From the NCBI GenBank assembly GCA_014323935.1, contig JACOND010000009.1, forward strand, positions 7,469-71,468: a stretch of DNA of 64,000 nt, given 5' to 3'. The position numbers and the translations under genes were made by a program. Below the pieces are notes generated by a model that saw only the letters and a list, made by a program, of their open reading frames with translations, had not been told where the DNA came from and ran no database searches. Of the stretch, positions 60,371 through 64,000 are shown piece by piece; position 1 is the stretch's first letter; each line of letters opens with the position of its first letter. Origin of the DNA: Bdellovibrionales bacterium. Lineage in GTDB: Bacteria > Bdellovibrionota > Bdellovibrionia > Bdellovibrionales > UBA1609.

Positions 60371-61810
60371 TCAACCAATGCTGTTTTCTAACTTCATTTC
60401 AATGAGCTTAACAGCTTCTACAGAAAATTCTAAAGGAAGCTGTTTAAAGACTTCTTTACAAAAACCATTTACAATTAAAGAGATGGCATCTTCCATAGAA
60501 ATTCCTCTCGATTGAAGATAAAATAACTGTTCTTCACTCAAACGAGAGGTCGAAGCTTCATGTTCAACAATAGCCGTAGAGTTATTAACTTCAATTAAAG
60601 GCAAAGTTTTAGCTCTTGCCTGATTGCCAACCAACATAGAATCACATTGACTGTAGTTCCTGGCCTGTAGAGCTTTAGGACTCATACTCACTTGCCCTCT
60701 ATAAGCATTTACAGATTCATTAGATGAAATTCCTTTAGATAAAATAACACTTTTTGTGTTTTTTCCAATATGAATCATCTTTGTACCTGTATCTGCTTGC
60801 ATTTTATCATGAGTTAAGGCTACAGAATAAAACTTCCCTTCTGAGTGATTCCCTTTTAAAACACAACTGGGATACTTCCATGTAATGGCAGAACCAGCTT
60901 CTACTTGAACCCAAGAAATTTTAGAATAATTCCCTCTACAATGTCCTCTTTTCGTTACAAAATTGTAAATCCCTCCCTGCCCTTTTGTATTTCCAGGATA
61001 CCAATTTTGAACAGTCGAGTACTTAATTTCAGCTTTTTCCAAAGCTATCAACTCAACAACGGCGGCATGAAGCTGATTGTTATCTCTTATAGGAGCCGTA
61101 CAACCTTCAAGGTAATTTACAAAAGAAGATTCCTCTGCAATCACCAAAGTTCTCTCAAATTGACCTGTTTCTCCTTGATTGATACGAAAATAAGTAGATA
61201 AATCTAAAGGACAACGTACTCCTTTAGGAATAAAACAAAAAGAACCATCTGTAAAAACAGCTGTATTTAAACAAGCAAAAAAGTTATCTTTATAAGGAAC
61301 AACAGAACCTAAATACTTTTTCACAAGCTCTGGATGATTTTGAATAGCAGAAGATATAGAACAAAAAATAATCCCATGTTTTTCTAAAACATCTTGATGG
61401 GTCGTTGTGATAGACACACTATCAAAAACAACGTCGACAGCAACCCCTGAGAGTCTTTTTTGTTCAGAAAGAGGAATGCCTAATTTTTCAAAAGTCGCTA
61501 AAAGTTCAGGATCCACTTCATTTAAGCTCTTCAGTTTTTTCTTTTGAATCGGAGCTGAATAGTAAGAAATATCTTGATAATTTATAGGAGAATAATTTAA
61601 ATTTGCCCATTTTGGTTCCTTTTGATTTAACCAATGTCTATAAGCTTTTATTCTCAAATCTAAGATCCAATCTGGTTCCTTTTTTTTAGAAGAGATCTTT
61701 TCAATGACAGATTCATCTAAACCTTTAGATAAGCTCTCACTTTCAACAGGGCTGACAAAGCCATATTTGTATTTTTTTTTATCTTCAAGAGATTTTTTAA
61801 GAGCTGTCAT
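60371..61810 (-). CDS. sufB: Fe-S assembly protein SufB
   Basis: [34 protein letters not shown] and EHEA. Confidence 0.97.
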   Translation of the reverse strand: MTALKKSLEDKKKYKYGFVSPVESESLSKGLDESVIEKISSKKKEPDWILDLRIKAYRHWLNQKEPKWANLNYSPINYQDISYYSAPIQKKKLKSLNEVDPELLATFEKLGIPLSEQKRLSGVAVDVVFDSVSITTTHQDVLEKHGIIFCSISSAIQNHPELVKKYLGSVVPYKDNFFACLNTAVFTDGSFCFIPKGVRCPLDLSTYFRINQGETGQFERTLVIAEESSFVNYLEGCTAPIRDNNQLHAAVVELIALEKAEIKYSTVQNWYPGNTKGQGGIYNFVTKRGHCRGNYSKISWVQVEAGSAITWKYPSCVLKGNHSEGKFYSVALTHDKMQADTGTKMIHIGKNTKSVILSKGISSNESVNAYRGQVSMSPKALQARNYSQCDSMLVGNQARAKTLPLIEVNNSTAIVEHEASTSRLSEEQLFYLQSRGISMEDAISLIVNGFCKEVFKQLPLEFSVEAVKLIEMKLENSIG

Positions 61811-61996
61811 TTTTTACTTACTTTATTTGTAAATATGACTTTTTTTAAAGACATATCGTTTAGATATTTTAAGTGAGGACGGATTTGATAATTCATTGCA
61901 GAGGGGACTGTAATAAAAATTCCTAAAGAAGTCAATTTTTTACTTAATTTTAGAGTGAAATTCTATAGTGGCTGTAATAAGCGAATAAGCGATGTC

Positions 61997-62038
61997 AAGC
62001 TATAAGGAAGGCTTTATAAAAAAAGCCATCGCTTTAAT
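61997..62038 (+). repeat. 42-bp element repeated at 63681..63722, with an internal palindrome
   Basis: 34 of 42 positions identical; GGCTTT-6 nt-AAAGCC in this copy and GGTTTT-6 nt-AAAGCC in the other. Confidence 0.7.
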
Positions 62039-62104
62039 ACTATTTAAATATTTAGAAAAAACTTACTTGAATAAATACAAAAACAATGATAAGTTAAAAA
62101 TTAA

Positions 62105-62976
62105 ATGAACAAAGGTTTTTCTTTAGTAGAGGTTTTAGTTGCTTCAGTGATCATGCTGATTGTATCTGCTGGTATCGTTAAAATGTTTTCAAACTTAAAC
62201 TCAAGGCTGACTCAAGCTGAGCAAAGAGTGAATATGACAGATTTAGTAAAAAGAATCTCTAGCATTATGGATACGGGGGGGGGTGCAGAAATACTTTAAA
62301 CCAAAAAAGCAGAGATTTACATAAGGGAAAAGAGCTTGTTTTTAAAAAAATCATAAATGAATCAAATCAAACTGAATCAAATTGTGATTGTTCCTCAAAG
62401 ACCGATTGTTCTAAAAAATGGTCTTTATTTTTAGTTTATCAAACTCAAGTTATGGGAACTTTTGTTTTAAATCAAATTCCCATACAAGAAGTTACAGTAA
62501 CTTATACAGGATCAGGAGATGGAGATTTCACCTGTAAAGATTCGATCAGAAGTGAGCAAACATGTCCAGAAGGTGAAGTTGTCAAAGGTTTTAGATCAGA
62601 TGGCAGTATGATTTGTGGAAAGGATGAAAAAGGGGAAGGGATAAAAGAAGAGAAATGTGGTTATGGCGATGTTGTCCTAGGGATTAAATCAGATGGCAGT
62701 ATGATTTGTGGAAGTCCTATTGGTTATTCGCGTTTCAATAAAAGAGGATGTCCTCAAAAACAAATGGAACCTAGGCGTGTTGAAAATGCTGGTTATGTAC
62801 ATTGTGATATTCCAGCAGGTAGGCATGGTCAAATTGTACGAGGAAATTGTGATAGTAGAAAAAGTTATTGGCGTCAAGGATATTGCAGATTTCAATGTCT
62901 TAATGGCACTTGGTTAAAAATATATTGGGGCTGTGAGAATCATAATAGAGAACCTCATAAGCACTTAGGTTATTAA
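62105..62976 (+). pseudogene. prepilin-type N-terminal cleavage protein, out of frame at a G9 tract (ORFs 62105..62299 and 62452..62976 are one gene)
   Basis: NKGFSLVEVLVA leader; the frame starting at TGC 62284 is open into ORF 62452, so G10 or G7 would restore it. Confidence 0.85.
62275..62283 (+). repeat. poly-G (G9) homopolymer
   Basis: ATAC-GGGGGGGGG-TGC. Confidence 0.95.
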
Positions 62977-62978
62977 AA

Positions 62979-63626
62979 ATGATCAAAACAAAAAAAGCTT
63001 TTTCTTTATTAGAACTTTTAACAGCACTTGCAATCATTATGACTTTAGTTGCTATTGCTGTCACCAACTATCAAAAGTCTGTCAATAAAACTAAAATGAA
63101 AGAGGCTAAAACTTCACTGAGCTACATTTATTCATCTCAACTCAGTTTTCATAACTCATGGCTTGGATACCATGAAAACTTAGTTTCTATTGGAGCCATT
63201 CCCTCTGGTCCCTATATCTATGATGTCGGATTTGGAAAAGAGGCTACTCTTAAAAGTAATTATGGAAAATTAGATAATTATCCTTTGGTGAATTCAAAAG
63301 ATGTTATCAATACAAAAGCTTGTACAAATTTTTTCCAAATTTGTAATGGAGAGTGTTTTTCTGCAGTCCAATCAAATGTTGGTAATCCCTATACAGGCTT
63401 CTTTTCAAATCGTAATACCTGTTCAGTAAAAACAAACTGCACTTTACATGATTTTCAGGGTTTTTGTAATGTGGGTCTTTCCTCAGATGTTAAGTCAAAA
63501 ATCACACAATCTGAAGCAAAAGAAAACAGCTTTACTGCGGTTGCTATAACAGAAATGAACAGTCTTGATGTGTGGTCTATTAATGAGGATGGAATTCTTA
63601 CACATGAAAATGATGGAAGTGAGTAA
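62979..63626 (+). CDS. type IV pilin-like protein
   Basis: KKAFSLLELLTALAIIMTLVAIAVTNYQK...EAKTSLSYIY, Cys-rich body and C-terminal DVWSINE. Confidence 0.9.
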   Translation: MIKTKKAFSLLELLTALAIIMTLVAIAVTNYQKSVNKTKMKEAKTSLSYIYSSQLSFHNSWLGYHENLVSIGAIPSGPYIYDVGFGKEATLKSNYGKLDNYPLVNSKDVINTKACTNFFQICNGECFSAVQSNVGNPYTGFFSNRNTCSVKTNCTLHDFQGFCNVGLSSDVKSKITQSEAKENSFTAVAITEMNSLDVWSINEDGILTHENDGSE

Positions 63627-63963
63627 AGTTTTCTTATTTTTTCCCGAAATAATTATACATTTAACTTTAGTAAGTATATAAAGCTACAATAGAGGTTTTA
63701 TGAAAAAAGCCATTGTTTTAATTTAAACAAAGTTTTAATACAGAGTTTAAAGGATTTAAACTTTTAGAAAAAAATCTATGAAAAATCGATTAAAATGCAG
63801 GTATTGTGAATCATATTCATGTCTCAATAGATACTTGAAGGAATTTGTTTTTAGACGAAATAAAAAGAACTTAAGCATTCAAATGTATAGTTTTAATGAA
63901 ATTCTTAAAAAAGTTTTTTTAATAGAAAATTGTTTATAATTAGCTAAAAAAAGAAAACTTAAA

Positions 63964-64000
63964 ATGAATCAAGAGTTAGAAAATTTGAATTCTATGAGGG
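63964..64000 (+). CDS. possible start of a further gene, perhaps a prepilin, truncated by the window edge
   Basis: MNQELENLNSMRG..., preceded by the second copy of the 42-bp element. Confidence 0.3.
   Translation, partial: MNQELENLNSMR

Noticed and set aside
6674-61201. Short ORFs antisense to or overlapping known genes (e.g. 6674, 7016, 7680, 12018, 20198, 21220, 21929, 25103, 29805, 31283, 33823, 36836, 38371, 43433, 45363, 46205, 49882, 52389, 59750, 60905)
   Set aside because: They are shadow frames of well-supported genes and carry no motifs of their own.
62689-62917. ORFs 62689..62895 (-) and 62708..62917 (+)
   Set aside because: They are alternative frames within the prepilin C-terminal coding region.

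Overview
This is an AT-rich, gene-dense bacterial chromosomal window. The gene content and the style of its prepilins, lipoproteins and radical SAM proteins suggest a Bdellovibrionota-like organism (inference). The housekeeping backbone comprises cmk (partial), ilvA-like, tpiA, proS, ribH, ribB(X), tRNA-Met, truB, a thiolase, prpD, argS, purN, eno-ftsB, dacB, pgk, glyA, mutS, purE, a probable 6S RNA, murA, iscS and sufBCDS. The main accessory signals are: (1) four paralogous radical SAM enzymes with an N-terminal twitch domain, three of them in a tight operon; (2) an intact enolase fused in frame to a 195-aa N-terminal sensor-like domain; (3) a six-gene TtpBC-ExbBD-TonB-TtpD system; (4) a decaying island at about 32.8-38.2 kb holding a PI3/4-kinase-like exported protein, a Panacea/SocA antitoxin pseudogene, two pilin pseudogenes and a PD-(D/E)XK gene flanked by direct repeats inside a larger inverted repeat; (5) a LuxR-headed operon of three paralogous Cys-rich lipoproteins with a silent alternative C-terminus; (6) a prepilin-like gene switched out of frame at a G9 tract, a candidate for phase variation. 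No CRISPR array, rRNA, transposase or integrase was seen.
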